Positions 9,746 to 20,000 of a stretch of DNA of 20,000 nt are shown one piece after another; position 1 is the first letter of the stretch, and every line of letters starts with the position of its first letter. The translations under genes and the position numbers were made by a program. Source of the DNA: Chiloscyllium plagiosum. Its lineage: Eukaryota. The stretch is from contig NC_057719.1 in assembly GCF_004010195.1 (NCBI RefSeq), positions 55,751,152 through 55,771,151 on the forward strand. The letters run 5' to 3'. The notes under the pieces were generated by a model. The model ran no database searches, was not told where the DNA came from, and was given only the letters and a program-made list of their open reading frames with translations.

Positions 9746-10025
9746 TTTTGAGGATAGTTCCCCGCTCTACTTCATTGAAAAGGATAATATTACCACAAAA
9801 TAGAAGTTGAAATGCAGACTGTGCAGTCAGTATGTTAATGCAAACTAAACTCCATATCTAGAGAATGCAGTGCTGGAAGTTATTATTTCACAGAATTATT
9901 AGGATAGTCAGCCTATTGTGTATACTGTGGCTCTTTGCACATATTGACTCCAATCTCCTGTCTTTCCTGTATAACCTTCTATTTGAATAATCTTCCCTCT
10001 TGACTGTCTCAGCTGAACTTGCTCC

Positions 10026-11567
10026 TAGAGTTATAGAGTCATAGAGATGTACAGCATGGAAACAGACCCTTCGGTCCAACCCGTCCATGCTAACCAGATA
10101 TCCAGACTAATCCAGTTCCATTTGCCAGCACTTGGCCCATAACCCTCTTAACCCTTCCTATTCATATACCCATCCAAATGCCTTTTAAATGTTGCAATTG
10201 TACCAGCCTCCACCACTGCCTCTGGCAGCTCATTCCATACACGCACCATTCTCTCCATGAAAAAGGTGTCCCTTAGGTCCCTTTTATATCTTTTCCGTCT
10301 CAACTTGAACCTATGCCCTCTAGTTCTGGACTCTCCCACCCCAGGGAAAAGACTTTGTCTATTTATCCTATCCATGCCCCTCATGATTTTATAAACCTCT
10401 ATGAGGTCACCCCTCAGTCTCCGACGCTCCCAGGAAAACAGTCCCAGTCTGTTCAGCCTCTCCCTATAGCTCAAATCCTCCAACGCTGGCAACATCCTTG
10501 TAAATCTTTTCTGAACCCTTTCAATAGTCGCGACATCCTTCTGATTGGAAGGAGACCAGAATTGCACGCAATATTTCAAAAGTGACCGAACCAACATCCT
10601 ATATAGCCGCAACATGACCTCCCAACATCAATAGTCAATTCTCTGACCAATAAAGGAAAACATACCAAATGCCTTCTTCGCTATCCTATCTACCTGCAAC
10701 TCTACTTTCAAGGAGCTATGAATCTGCACTCCAAGGTCTCTTGTTCAGGAACACTCCCTAGGACCTGCCTGAACTGCTGTGCTCTTCCAGCACCACTAAT
10801 CCAGAATCTGGTTTCCAGCATCTGCAGTCATTGTTTTTACCTTACCATTAAGTGTATAAGTCATGCTATGGTTTGCTTTCACAAAATGCATTTATCTGAA
10901 TTAAACTCCATCTGCCACTCCTCAGCCCATTGGCCCATCTGATCAAGATCGCATCGTAATCTGAGGTAACCTTCCTCACTGTCCACTACCCTTCCAAATT
11001 TGGTGTCATCTGCAAACTTACTAACTATACTTTGTATGTTCACATTCAAATAATTTATATAAATGACTAAATGCAGTGGACCCAGCACCGATCCTTGTGG
11101 CACTCCACTGGCCACAGGCCTCCAGTCTGAAAACAACCCTCCACCACCACCCTCTGTCTTCTACCTTCGAGCCAGCTCTGTATCCAAATGGCTAGTTCTC
11201 CCTGTATTCCTTGAGATCTAACCATGCTAACCTGTGACCCATGGGGAACCTTTCAAATGCCTTACTGAAATCCATATAGATCACACCCGCTCTGCCCTCA
11301 TCAATCCTCTTTGTTACTTTTTCAAAAAATTCAATCAAGTCCGTGAGACACAATTTCCCGCGCACAAAGCCATGTTGACTATCACTAATCTGTCCTTGCT
11401 TTTCCAAATACATGTACATGCTATCCCTCAGGATTCCCTCCAACAACTTGCCCACCACTGATGTCAGGCCTACTGGTCTATAGTTCCATGGCGCATCCTT
11501 ACCACCTTTCTGAAATAATGGTACCACATTAGCCAAACTCTAGTCTTCCAGCACCTCACCTGTGACT
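10026..11567 (-). mobile_element. CR1 LINE (HER1-like), 5'-truncated, RT to 3' tail
   Basis: ANVVPLFQKG..NYRPVGLTSVVGK..QHGF..YMDFSKAF (11192..11536). SGVPQGSVLGP..SKFADDTK (10879..11136). C-terminal ORF 10148..10615. Tail reads (TAGAGTCA)n on the plus strand at 10026-10047. Confidence 0.96.
10767..10838 (+). mobile_element. 72-bp PLE extreme 3'-end insertion inside the CR1
   Basis: CTGCTGTGCTCTTCCAGCAC...TCCAGCATCTGCAGTC resembles the reverse complement of 2130-2186. Flanked by ACCT (10763-10766 / 10839-10842). CR1 sequence resumes afterwards. Confidence 0.75.
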
Positions 11568-11900
11568 GCCATACTTCCCGGCAGTGTACTCCAAAGCTAA
11601 CTACTTACCGTGTGAAAAAATTGGTTCTAGACTCTCATTTTGATCTTTTCTGAAAAACAATTTAAATCTGTGCCCTCTGGTGCTCAGTCTATTTGTGTGG
11701 GAACAGATTTTCCTTATCCACTCTGTGCAGATGACTAATTTAAAAAACGTGTATCTAATTTCAGTTTTCTGCTTTCCTAGGAATACAGTACCTACTTCTC
11801 CAACCTTTGCTCATACCTGAAATTTCTCATCTCTGGAACCATTCGCAAACCTCTACTGCATTCTTCAATACATTCACATTTTTTTATAGGAGCAAATGTA
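11568..11900 (-). mobile_element. Ancient degraded CR1 3' fragment
   Basis: TTTAAATCTGTGCCCTCTGGT, TTTTCCTTATCCACTCTGT and CTCTGGAACCATT parallel the 3' region of the 10026 copy, but with much greater divergence. Confidence 0.55.
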
Positions 11901-13520
11901 GCCAAAATTTGAGGAGTGTGATGTTATGCTAATTAAATAATAGAAGGAAAAATACTGCGAATCTCAATATTTAACAATACTGAACAAAGTTACAACACTC
12001 TGCTAACCATGAAAATACAGCCATAACTGGTTGCAAATCTATGATGCATCAACGGACCTGTAGGGAATCATGGATGGAAATTAAAATGTCAAACTTGCCT
12101 GAATTGCTTATCTTAACAGAGATAACTGGCATGGGTCATGTATTGTGAGAAAAGAGGAAAATAGAGTGCTAATGTTCATGTTTGTTCATGAAAATCCCTT
12201 TGAGTTTTGCTCCTATAGCTCATTTTACATAAGTTCCAATTAATTGAAACTTCTGTCACTAATATTTTTAAGATTCAACCCAAGTTCTGTCTTACTAATT
12301 GAACGTATGGTGTGCCTTGTCGTTTTCTATATGTTTGCCTGTGTGACATAGACCACAAGACTCAGGTTCTCACTGAGATAAATGTTTTGAAATTTAGCAG
12401 TAACACTAAATATTTACATGGCCATAATAGCATAGACTGTACGCAAAGGCTTGGTTCAGTGCTTGTTAGTGTATATTACACTGACATAACTGACTCACCA
12501 CAATATACTGACTCCATTACATGGTAACTGCAAGTGACTAGGTACTTTTAATACAGGCATGTCACTTGTGTCATGAAACAGTCTTAAAGGTACAGGCCTG
12601 TCTCATCTGAAATGTACACCATAATCTATCATCTCCCATATAAAGCATCTTGCCGAAGGAAATCAATACTCAGATTTTCTCTGAGACAACATGAATGTTT
12701 CAGAAAATAATACAATTTAACCACAGCTTATTACAATAATATTTTTGTACATAATACCAAACATTCAGAGGATTAAAATCATGTGCAATATTAGAGATGA
12801 AAGTTTTCATATAAAATTCTTCAATCTGCTACTTTGACAATTTGATTTTTGAGTTTGATTGCGTGCTTTATATGTTTCAAATTCTATTTGAAATTCCAAA
12901 GAGAGGACAGATTTTCAGTTTTCAGGATAACTCATCTGGTCTGTAGAGGAACATGGAGACGTGACTGCAAGGGGATCAGGGTTAGGAACTAAATAACCAA
13001 AGATACATTTTCTATTGAAAGAACAGGCAGGTGGGCAGGGACGGGTGTTGGCTTGTTAGAAATGAAGTAAAATTGATAGCAAGAAGTGTCATAGGATCAG
13101 AAGGTGTAGAATTTGTATGGGTAGAGTTGAGGAACTGCAAAGGAGAAAAGACCCTGATGGGAGTTGTGCACAGGCCTCCAAGCAGTTTCAGGATTGGAGC
13201 AGAAATTAAATCCAGAGATAGAAATGGCATGTAAGAAAGGCACTGTTATAATAATCATGGGAGACGTCAGTATGCAGGTAATGTGGGAAAATCAGGTGGA
13301 ATATCTGCAACTTTTTTTTAGAGTAGTTTGTAGTAGAGCCCATGAGAGAACAGGCAGTTCTGCATTTGGCAATGTGTAATGAGGCAGAATTGATCAGAGA
13401 GCATAAGGTGAAGGATCCCCTAGCGACTGTGACCACAATCTGATGGAATTCACCCTGCAGTTTGAGTGTAAAAACCTGGAATGAATTGAGTAAAGATAAC
13501 TACAAAGTCTTTAGGGAGGG

Positions 13521-13895
13521 ATGATTTGGAGATGCCGGTGTTGGACTGGGGTGTACAAAGTTAAAAATCACACAACACGAGGTTATAGTCCAATAGGTTT
13601 AATTGGAAGCACAGTAGCTTTCGAAGCGCTGCTCCTTTATCAGGTGGTTGTGGAGGACACAATTGTAAGGCACAGAATTTAGCGCAAAAGTTGACAGTGT
13701 GATGTAACTGAAATTATACATTGAAAAATACCTTGATTGTCTGTTGTCTTTCATCTGTTCGAATACCATGATAGTTTCACTTCTTTCATGTCTAAATCAC
13801 AAAACTTTTTTTTAAAAGTTGAAGGAGCGGCGCTCCAAAAGCTAGTGCTTCCAATTAAATCTGTTGGACTATAACCTCGTGTTGTGTGATTTTTA
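13521..13895 (-). mobile_element. Non-coding PLE-type 3' end with hammerhead-like motif and inverted partial copy
   Basis: 13562-13638 is inverted at 13820-13895. Minus strand CAC-CTGATAA-A-GGAGC AGC GCTTC-GAAA-GCTA at 13612-13646. Same family as 14963-15242 and 19156-19586. Confidence 0.75.
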
Positions 13896-14962
13896 GCTTC
13901 CTGCGGGAAGCCCAGCAGGAAAGATGATGAAGCAGCAATAGCACGAGTTCCTGGGGGTAATTTGGGAGGCACAGCAGATATTCTTCCTAAAGAAGAAGAA
14001 ATACAGTAAGGGAAGGACAAGGCAACCATGGCTAACAAGGGAAGACTGGAATAGCACAAAAGTGAATGAAAAAGGATATAATGTGGTGAAGATTGATGGG
14101 AAGCCAGAGTATTGGGGAGCCTTTAAAATCCAGCTGAAGATAAATTAAAAAAAAACAATAAGAGGGGAGATGATGAAATATGAGAGTAAGCTAGCTAGTA
14201 ATACAAAAGAAGATTGTAAGAGTTTTGTTTTAGATACCTAAAAGTTATGAGAAAGGCAGGAGGGACATTGAACGACTGGAAAATAAGCTTAGAGACAAAT
14301 TAATTGGGAAACAAACAAATATTGGAGGAACTGAATAGGTACTTTGCACTTATTTTCACAGTGGAAAACATCAGCAGCAGCAGACCAGAACTTCAAGAGA
14401 CTCAGGGCAGAGGTGCGTGCAGTGGCTATCACCAAGGAAAAATCACTGGGAAAGCTGAAATGTCTGAAGGTTGATAAATCATCTGGACCAGATGGACTAC
14501 ACTGCAGAGTTCTAAAGGAGATAGCTAAGGAAATTGTGGAGGCATTGATGGTGATCTTTCAAAAATCACTACAATGAGGGAGGTTCCCAGAATGGGAAAA
14601 TAGCTAATGTAACTGCTGTTTAAGAAGAGAGGGAGGCAGAAGACAGGAAATTATAGGCCAGTTAGCATGACTTCAGTCATTGGTAAGACTTTAGAGTCCA
14701 TTATTAAGGATGAGATTGTTGGAGTCCTTCAAAGTGCATAATAAAATAAAGTTGAGTCAGCACGGCTTCATTAAGGGGACATCATGCCTGACAAATCTGT
14801 TAGAATTCTTTGAGGAGGTAACAAGCAATTTAGACAAAGGACAGCCAGTGAACATGATCTATTTGAATTTCCAGAAGGCATTTATCAAGGTGCTGCACAG
14901 GAAGCTGCTAAGTGGTGTTCTGTCAGGGTCCGCAATTATTCATGTTATATATTAACAATCTG

Positions 14963-15242
14963 ACAACACCAGGTTTTATATATATGATACATATTAAATG
15001 AACTGAAACTTGCAACCTATTCAAAAAGACTTAACAGCAATCGAGGTTTGTTCACTATATAGTTTTATTTGTATGACACTGTGATCTTTTGCTATAAATT
15101 CTGTGTTTTATGATCCTGCCACACTGTTGAAGGAGCAGCGCTCCGAAAGCTAGTGCTTCCAAATAAACTTGTTGGACTAAAACCTGGTGTTGTGTGATTT
15201 TTAACTATGTCCACTCCAGTCCAACACCAACACCTTCACATC
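14963..15242 (+). mobile_element. Non-coding PLE-type 3' end with hammerhead-like motif, short inverted 5' piece and 13-bp TSD
   Basis: CTGTTGA-A-GGAGC AGC GCTCC-GAAA-GCTA-GTG at 15124-15155. TSD ATTAACAATCTGA (14951-14963) / ATTAACGATCTGA (15243-15255). 14963-14978 is the reverse complement of 15178-15193. Confidence 0.8.
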
Positions 15243-16390
15243 ATTAACGATCTGAATGAAGCAACCGAGGGCACTGCCATTCAGTTTGTAGATGGCACAA
15301 AGACAGACAGAGGGACAGATGGTGTTGAGTAGGCATGGAGGCTGCAGAAGGACCTGGACAGTCTGAGAGAGTGGGCAAAGAAGTGGAAGCTGAAAAGAAA
15401 TGTAGGAACATTGGGTTTTGATGCACCTTTGTGGAAGAATAGAGGTACATACTATTTTCTAAATAGGGAAAGGATGGCAAATGTAATGCTAACTCACTTC
15501 AAGAGGGTTAGAATGTAACATTATTGCTAAACTTGTCTAAGGCTCTGGTCAGAGCATACCAAACTGAGGTAAGGAGGAATTTCTTCAGCCAGAGGGTGAT
15601 TAATCTGTGGAACTCAAAGCTGCAGAGGGCTGTAGAGGCCAAGTTATTGAATGCATTTATGACAGAGATGGATTGTTGGTTAGTAAGGGGATCAAGGGTT
15701 ATGGGGAGAAGGCTGGAGTATGGGATTAAGATACATCAGCCATGATGGAATGGTGGAGAAAACTCAATGGGCTTAATGGCCTAATTCTGCTCCTATGTCT
15801 TATGGTCTGAAAGCTTCAGACTCCAGTCACAGAACAGATTTTCACCATAACATATTTTCAGTATTTGTGATGGGTATGTATTATGAAATCTGCACCATTT
15901 TAAGAATGGTGTTTGTTGTGGTTGTGATCGTGCTCACCTGAACCATCTGACATGCCTTGGATAGATTCATGGTCACCAATCCTCCTTCTAGATATTGGTC
16001 TCAGTTACTGATATCTAATGAGAAAGGATGCCGATGCAAAGTCTCCAACAGAATAGGTTTATTGGATAGTATTTAATCGCTTAATAACTACAACAACCTG
16101 AGTTCCATGACAATCTCATCTGAAACATCAGGTTGGATTTAAGAGTAAGTACACATTGCAGTTATTGAATTGTTGATGCAACAATCCTTTATCGACTAAT
16201 AGGTGTAGCTTATCCTGCATCAGTTAACTCACTTGGGTACTAGTTGTCTTATATAAATAGAGATAAGTGTGCACAATATTTACTGGAAGTCAAAACAAGC
16301 ACCAATTCAGCCATACAGCGTCAATTGGTCCCATCCACAATCTGTTGGAAATGTCCATAACTGCCACCTTCCCCAACCAGCAGGAACACA

Positions 16391-16490
16391 AAGGCCAAAT
16401 ACTGTAGTTGCTGGAAATCTGACATAAAAGCAGAAAATATTGTAAGTACTCAGTAGGTCAAGCAATATCTACAAAGAAAAAAGCAGAAAT
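16391..16490 (-). mobile_element. Degraded PLE extreme 3'-end relic
   Basis: ACTGTAGTTGCTGGAAATCTGA...CAGTAGGTCAAGCAATATC parallels ACTGCAGATGCCGGAGATCAGA...CAGCAGGTCACGTAGCATC at 2132-2198. Confidence 0.6.
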
Positions 16491-18194
16491 CTAGAATCTG
16501 TGACTTCACTGTCAGAATCAGCAGGCAGCCAGAATCATTTGCAAGTTCAAGCCTCATTAGAATACAGTCAGGGAATTCAACCAGTCCTTAACAAGCAACT
16601 TAGCAAAACCATTATTGAGCTAAGACTGTTCCTCTTGAATTTCAAAGCTTTCCTACAAACAATGATTCCATTGTTTAGGCGACTTATTATACCATACAAA
16701 TGGACAGAGCAAATATGCCACCCGAAAATTGTAAAATGCAATCCTACAATCTATTTCAGGCCAGACTGCAGCTCAGTCATTTACTTGTATTTGTAAAAGT
16801 AACAGGAGACAGGCTTTGATCATCCAAGGAGCTGATGTTTCGTTGTTGTTTCCAATGACTGGACAACTTGTAAACTGGGACATTGGCTTTTAAAATCACC
16901 ACAGCAACCCATCACTCGCCAACCGCCACCAGCCCCAACAATTGGGTTATAAGGATCAGCATAAGAAATAGATAACACTGTTGAAAATTTAATGTTGCAA
17001 AACTTTTCATTTGAAATTATTGCTTCAAGTGTTAAAGCAATCATTCTCTAAGTTGCACAGATTTATAAAATTGTGTAAACATTCAATTTTGTTTGAGTCC
17101 TAAAACTGGAACTGTTAAGGCCATTACCGTTCCAATATCAATAAATTACTTCCTTCCCTGGGGTAGGAAGGAGGGCAAAAATGAACAGGCAATTTATCCA
17201 GAAAAAAACTGTTGGCACCTCATTAATTTTCAACTGCATGGTCATAACCAGAAATAGCACAGTCAGGCCCACAGGGTAAGACGTATATAGCACAGCACTG
17301 AAGTAAAATAACCATGAATAAAAGAGCAGGCACAAAATGCAGAATTAATTTGAACATGTCCAATTGGATTTAGAAACACCATTTCAAATTGTGTTTTGCG
17401 AAGTTTTAGAATATACTTTTAATTGCAAAGCCCCACTTAGGTATTGAAAGTATAAGTAATTTTTATAGTGTGTTGTTGACATTGAATGTTAACAGTGACT
17501 GGCACCAAATGCTACGTGTTTTCTAAAATATTTTCACATGTTCCTGTTGAGTGTTTCTCATCGTAGGTTTGTACAAGTGCCAGTAGGCTAGAACTATATC
17601 TGGTACATGCATTTCAACTAATGGAAGAGCCCGTAGCAAACTATCCATGTTATCTTAAGTTTTTTGTAAAAGATTATTTAATGAAGGTGAATTTACCTGA
17701 TATGGCGAGATGATGTAATACCTGAGTGTCTTTTCTTTATAAACAGCCACTGCTGCTTATCCAAATTTGTTTTGCTCTCATGACCTGTCATAGATGCTGT
17801 GATGGGCTTTGTAACTTCAGTACTGTATTTGTACCTGACAAGGTGATATGTGTTCCCATAATTTGAGAGTGTGATGTGGGTAACATATCACTGAAGGATT
17901 TGACAAGGACTAGTATGACAGCTACTGACATCTAAATATATTACAATCACAAGCACTTGCAAATCTCTGCTCAAGCTAAGTAATTCTGATGTAAATTGTA
18001 GCCTGGTTTCCTCGGCTTGTCATCCTGCAAGAGGAGTCAGTAAGATAGACATTGACACCATTATATCATCAGGTCACATTCTATAATACAGTGGTGACAT
18101 AACGAGCATGTTTCTTGAAGGTATATTGTATCTAAGTTGTGAGGCATAACATTTCAAAGAAAAATAAATCCCAATCATTCATACATAGTTAGAA

Positions 18195-18497
18195 GAGGCA
18201 CTGGACTCATGGTATTTTCACTGGAACAATTAATCCAGAGACCCAGATCATGTTCTGAGGACCTGGTTTGATTCCAGCTATGAGAGATGATGAAGTTTGA
18301 ATTCAATAAATATCTGGAATTAAGAGTCTAATGATGACCATGAAACCATTATTAATTGTTGCAAAAACTCATCCGGTTCACTACCGTCCTTCAGGGAAGG
18401 AAACTGCTTATCTTTCCAAGGATCGTGAGCCACCACATGACTCTAGATGCACAGCAAGGTGGTTGACTCTTTATTACCCTCGAGGATTAGGGATGGG
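18195..18497 (+). mobile_element. tRNA-derived SINE relic
   Basis: A-box-like TGGACTCATGG (~18202) and B-box-like GGTTTGATTCC (~18265), followed by a body recalled as a shark SINE (GATGACCATGAAACCATT...GGTTCACT...AGGGAAGGAAA). Truncated near the adjacent CR1 tail. Confidence 0.6.
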
Positions 18498-18513
18498 TGT
18501 TTCTTCTCTGGAG

Positions 18514-18910
18514 GTCACAGAGTCATAGAGATGTACAGCACTGAAACAGACACTTCGGTCCAACTCATCCATGATATCCCAACCCAATCTAGTCCCACCT
18601 GCCAGCACCTGGCTCATATCCCTCCAAACCCTTCCTTGTCATATATCCATCCAGCTGCCTTTTAAATGTTGCAATTGTTCCAGCCTCCACCACTTCCTCT
18701 GGCAGCTCACTCCATACACGTACCACTCTCTGCATGAAAACATTGCCCCTTAGGTCTCTTTTATATCTTTCCCCTCTCACCCTAAACCTATGCCCTCTAG
18801 TTCTGGATTCCCTGACCCCAGGGAAAAGACTTGTGTCTATTTATCCTATCCATGCCCCTCATGATTTTATAAACCTCTAGAAGGTCACCCCTCAGCCTCC
18901 AATGCTTCAG
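18514..18910 (-). mobile_element. CR1 LINE (HER1-like) 3' fragment
   Basis: Close homologue of 10030-10432; ORF 18589..18780 RYKRDLRGNVFMQRVVRVWSELPEEVVEAG; tail GTCACAGAGTCATAGAG. Confidence 0.95.
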
Positions 18911-19155
18911 TGTTGAACAAGAGTGTAATTGTTTTGTTGCTCAACACTTAAACATGGATTAGATGGTGCATACTCTGTTAGGCTGGGTGTCAATAGTGAG
19001 CTGATAGTCACTCTGCTCTTAGAACACATGTCTTTGCCAGGGAACTGTGTTCTGTGGTGACTTTCTTGTCTGCTACACTGAATAAAGTGAAAATGGCAGT
19101 CATTATTTCTCTCCTTGTGCTGTTAAGTCTTCAAACAATAGGAAATTTGGAGAAC

Positions 19156-19586
19156 ATGACTTCGAGGAGCTGTGTTGGACTGGGCTGGACAAAGTTAAAA
19201 ATCATACAACACCAGGTTATAGTCCAACAGGTTTATTTGAAAGCACTAGCTTTCGAAGCATTGCTCCTTCATGCAGCTGAAATTATATATTGAACAAAGC
19301 TAGATTAGATCTTTTATCTTTTAGAATGGGTTTGCTAGTTTCGCTTCTTTAACACGTAAACCCTAGAACTTCTTTAAGTCACATTCTCAAGATAACTTTA
19401 GGTTTTCTGTCAAATGGTGCCATCTCAGCTCAGACAATGCATTAAAGGTGTGAGGTTAGAGTCTGTCTGTATCCCAATCTCGAGTCAGGCTGGTTCTATT
19501 TCTAAAGTGGAATTTACAAGATATTACATGGATTGACTGCCTGTAGTTTGTGCATTATTTGAGCAAAATAGAATGTATTTACAAAC
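19156..19586 (-). mobile_element. Non-coding PLE-type 3' end (same family as 13521 and 14963) with degenerate hammerhead
   Basis: GTGTTGGACTGGG..CAAAGTTAAAAATCA.ACAACACCAGGTTATAGTCCAACAGGTTT matches 13538-13600. Minus strand CTGCATGA-A-GGAGC AAT GCTTC-GAAA-GCTA-GTG at 19244-19278. Right boundary is approximate. Confidence 0.75.
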
Positions 19587-20000
19587 ATTTATTTCAATGC
19601 AAGGGGCCTAATAGGGAAGGCAGATGAACTCAGGGCATGGTTAGGAACATGGGACTGGGATATCATAGCAATTACGGAAACATGGCTCAGGAATGGGCAG
19701 GACTGGCAGCTTAATGTTCCAGGATACAAATGCTACAGGAACGACAGAAAGGGAGGCAAAATAGGAGGGGGAGTGGCATTTTCGATTAGGGATAGCATTA
19801 CAGCTGTGCTAAGGGAGGATATTCCTGGAAATACATCCAGGGAAGTTATTGGGGTGGAACTGAGAAATAAGAAAGGGATGATCACCTTATTGGGATTGTA
19901 TTATAGACACCCCAATAGTCAGAGGGAAATTGAGAAACAAACTTGTAAGGAGATCTCAGCTATCTGTAAGAAAAATAGGGTGGGATTTTAACTTTCCTTT
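19587..20000 (+). mobile_element. CR1 LINE ORF2 AP-endonuclease domain, running off the right window edge
   Basis: Open frame YFNARGLIGKADELRAWLGTWDWDIIAITETWLR...YKCYRNDRKGGKIGGGVAF...LYYRHPNS, followed by a frameshifted GDFNF at ~19982. Confidence 0.95.

Larger units (their letters stand above)
12945..15809 (+). mobile_element. Degraded, internally deleted CR1 LINE ORF2 (endonuclease, RT, 3' tail) of a different subfamily, interrupted twice by PLE-type ends
   Basis: EN: VWVELRNCKGEKTLMGVVHRPP, IIMGD (13031-13270). RT: KVDKSSGPDGLH, NYRPVSMTSVIGK, QHGFIKGTSCLTNLLEFFEEVT, IYLNFQKAF (14460-14890). C-terminus RRNFFSQRVINLWNS (~15570-15615). Tail TCTGCTCCTATGTCTTATGGTCT. Confidence 0.9.

Noticed and set aside
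12479..12520. Three ACTGAC repeats
   Set aside because: Too short and irregularly spaced to support a feature.
16500..17335. ORFs 16500..16796, 16820..17044 and 17138..17335
   Set aside because: Short, no recognisable domains or supported gene structure; expected by chance.

Overview
Eukaryotic, repeat-dense intergenic or intronic DNA with no intact cellular gene, rRNA, tRNA or CRISPR array recognisable. The repeat content suggests a cartilaginous fish, probably a shark (inference from the repeat families). The window is mostly nested, decayed retroelements. (1) A Gypsy LTR retrotransposon with apparent Gmr1-like order (gag-PR-IN-RT-RH) and its 3' LTR spans 1-4568. It is interrupted by a TG...CA solo LTR with a 4-bp TSD, which is itself interrupted by a Penelope-like element (PLE) spanning an 800-N gap. 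(2) A 2.3-kb PLE with RT, GIY-YIG endonuclease, an inverted pseudo-LTR and a 14-bp TSD spans 6116-8428. (3) There are several CR1 LINE copies of different ages and two tRNA-type SINE relics. (4) There are several short non-coding PLE-end copies. The most notable signal is that three distinct PLE-type families each carry a minimal hammerhead-ribozyme motif (CUGANGA-N-helix II-GAAA, palindromic helix III) near the 3' end. Most ORFs in the supplied track are TE fragments, antisense shadows or gap artefacts.
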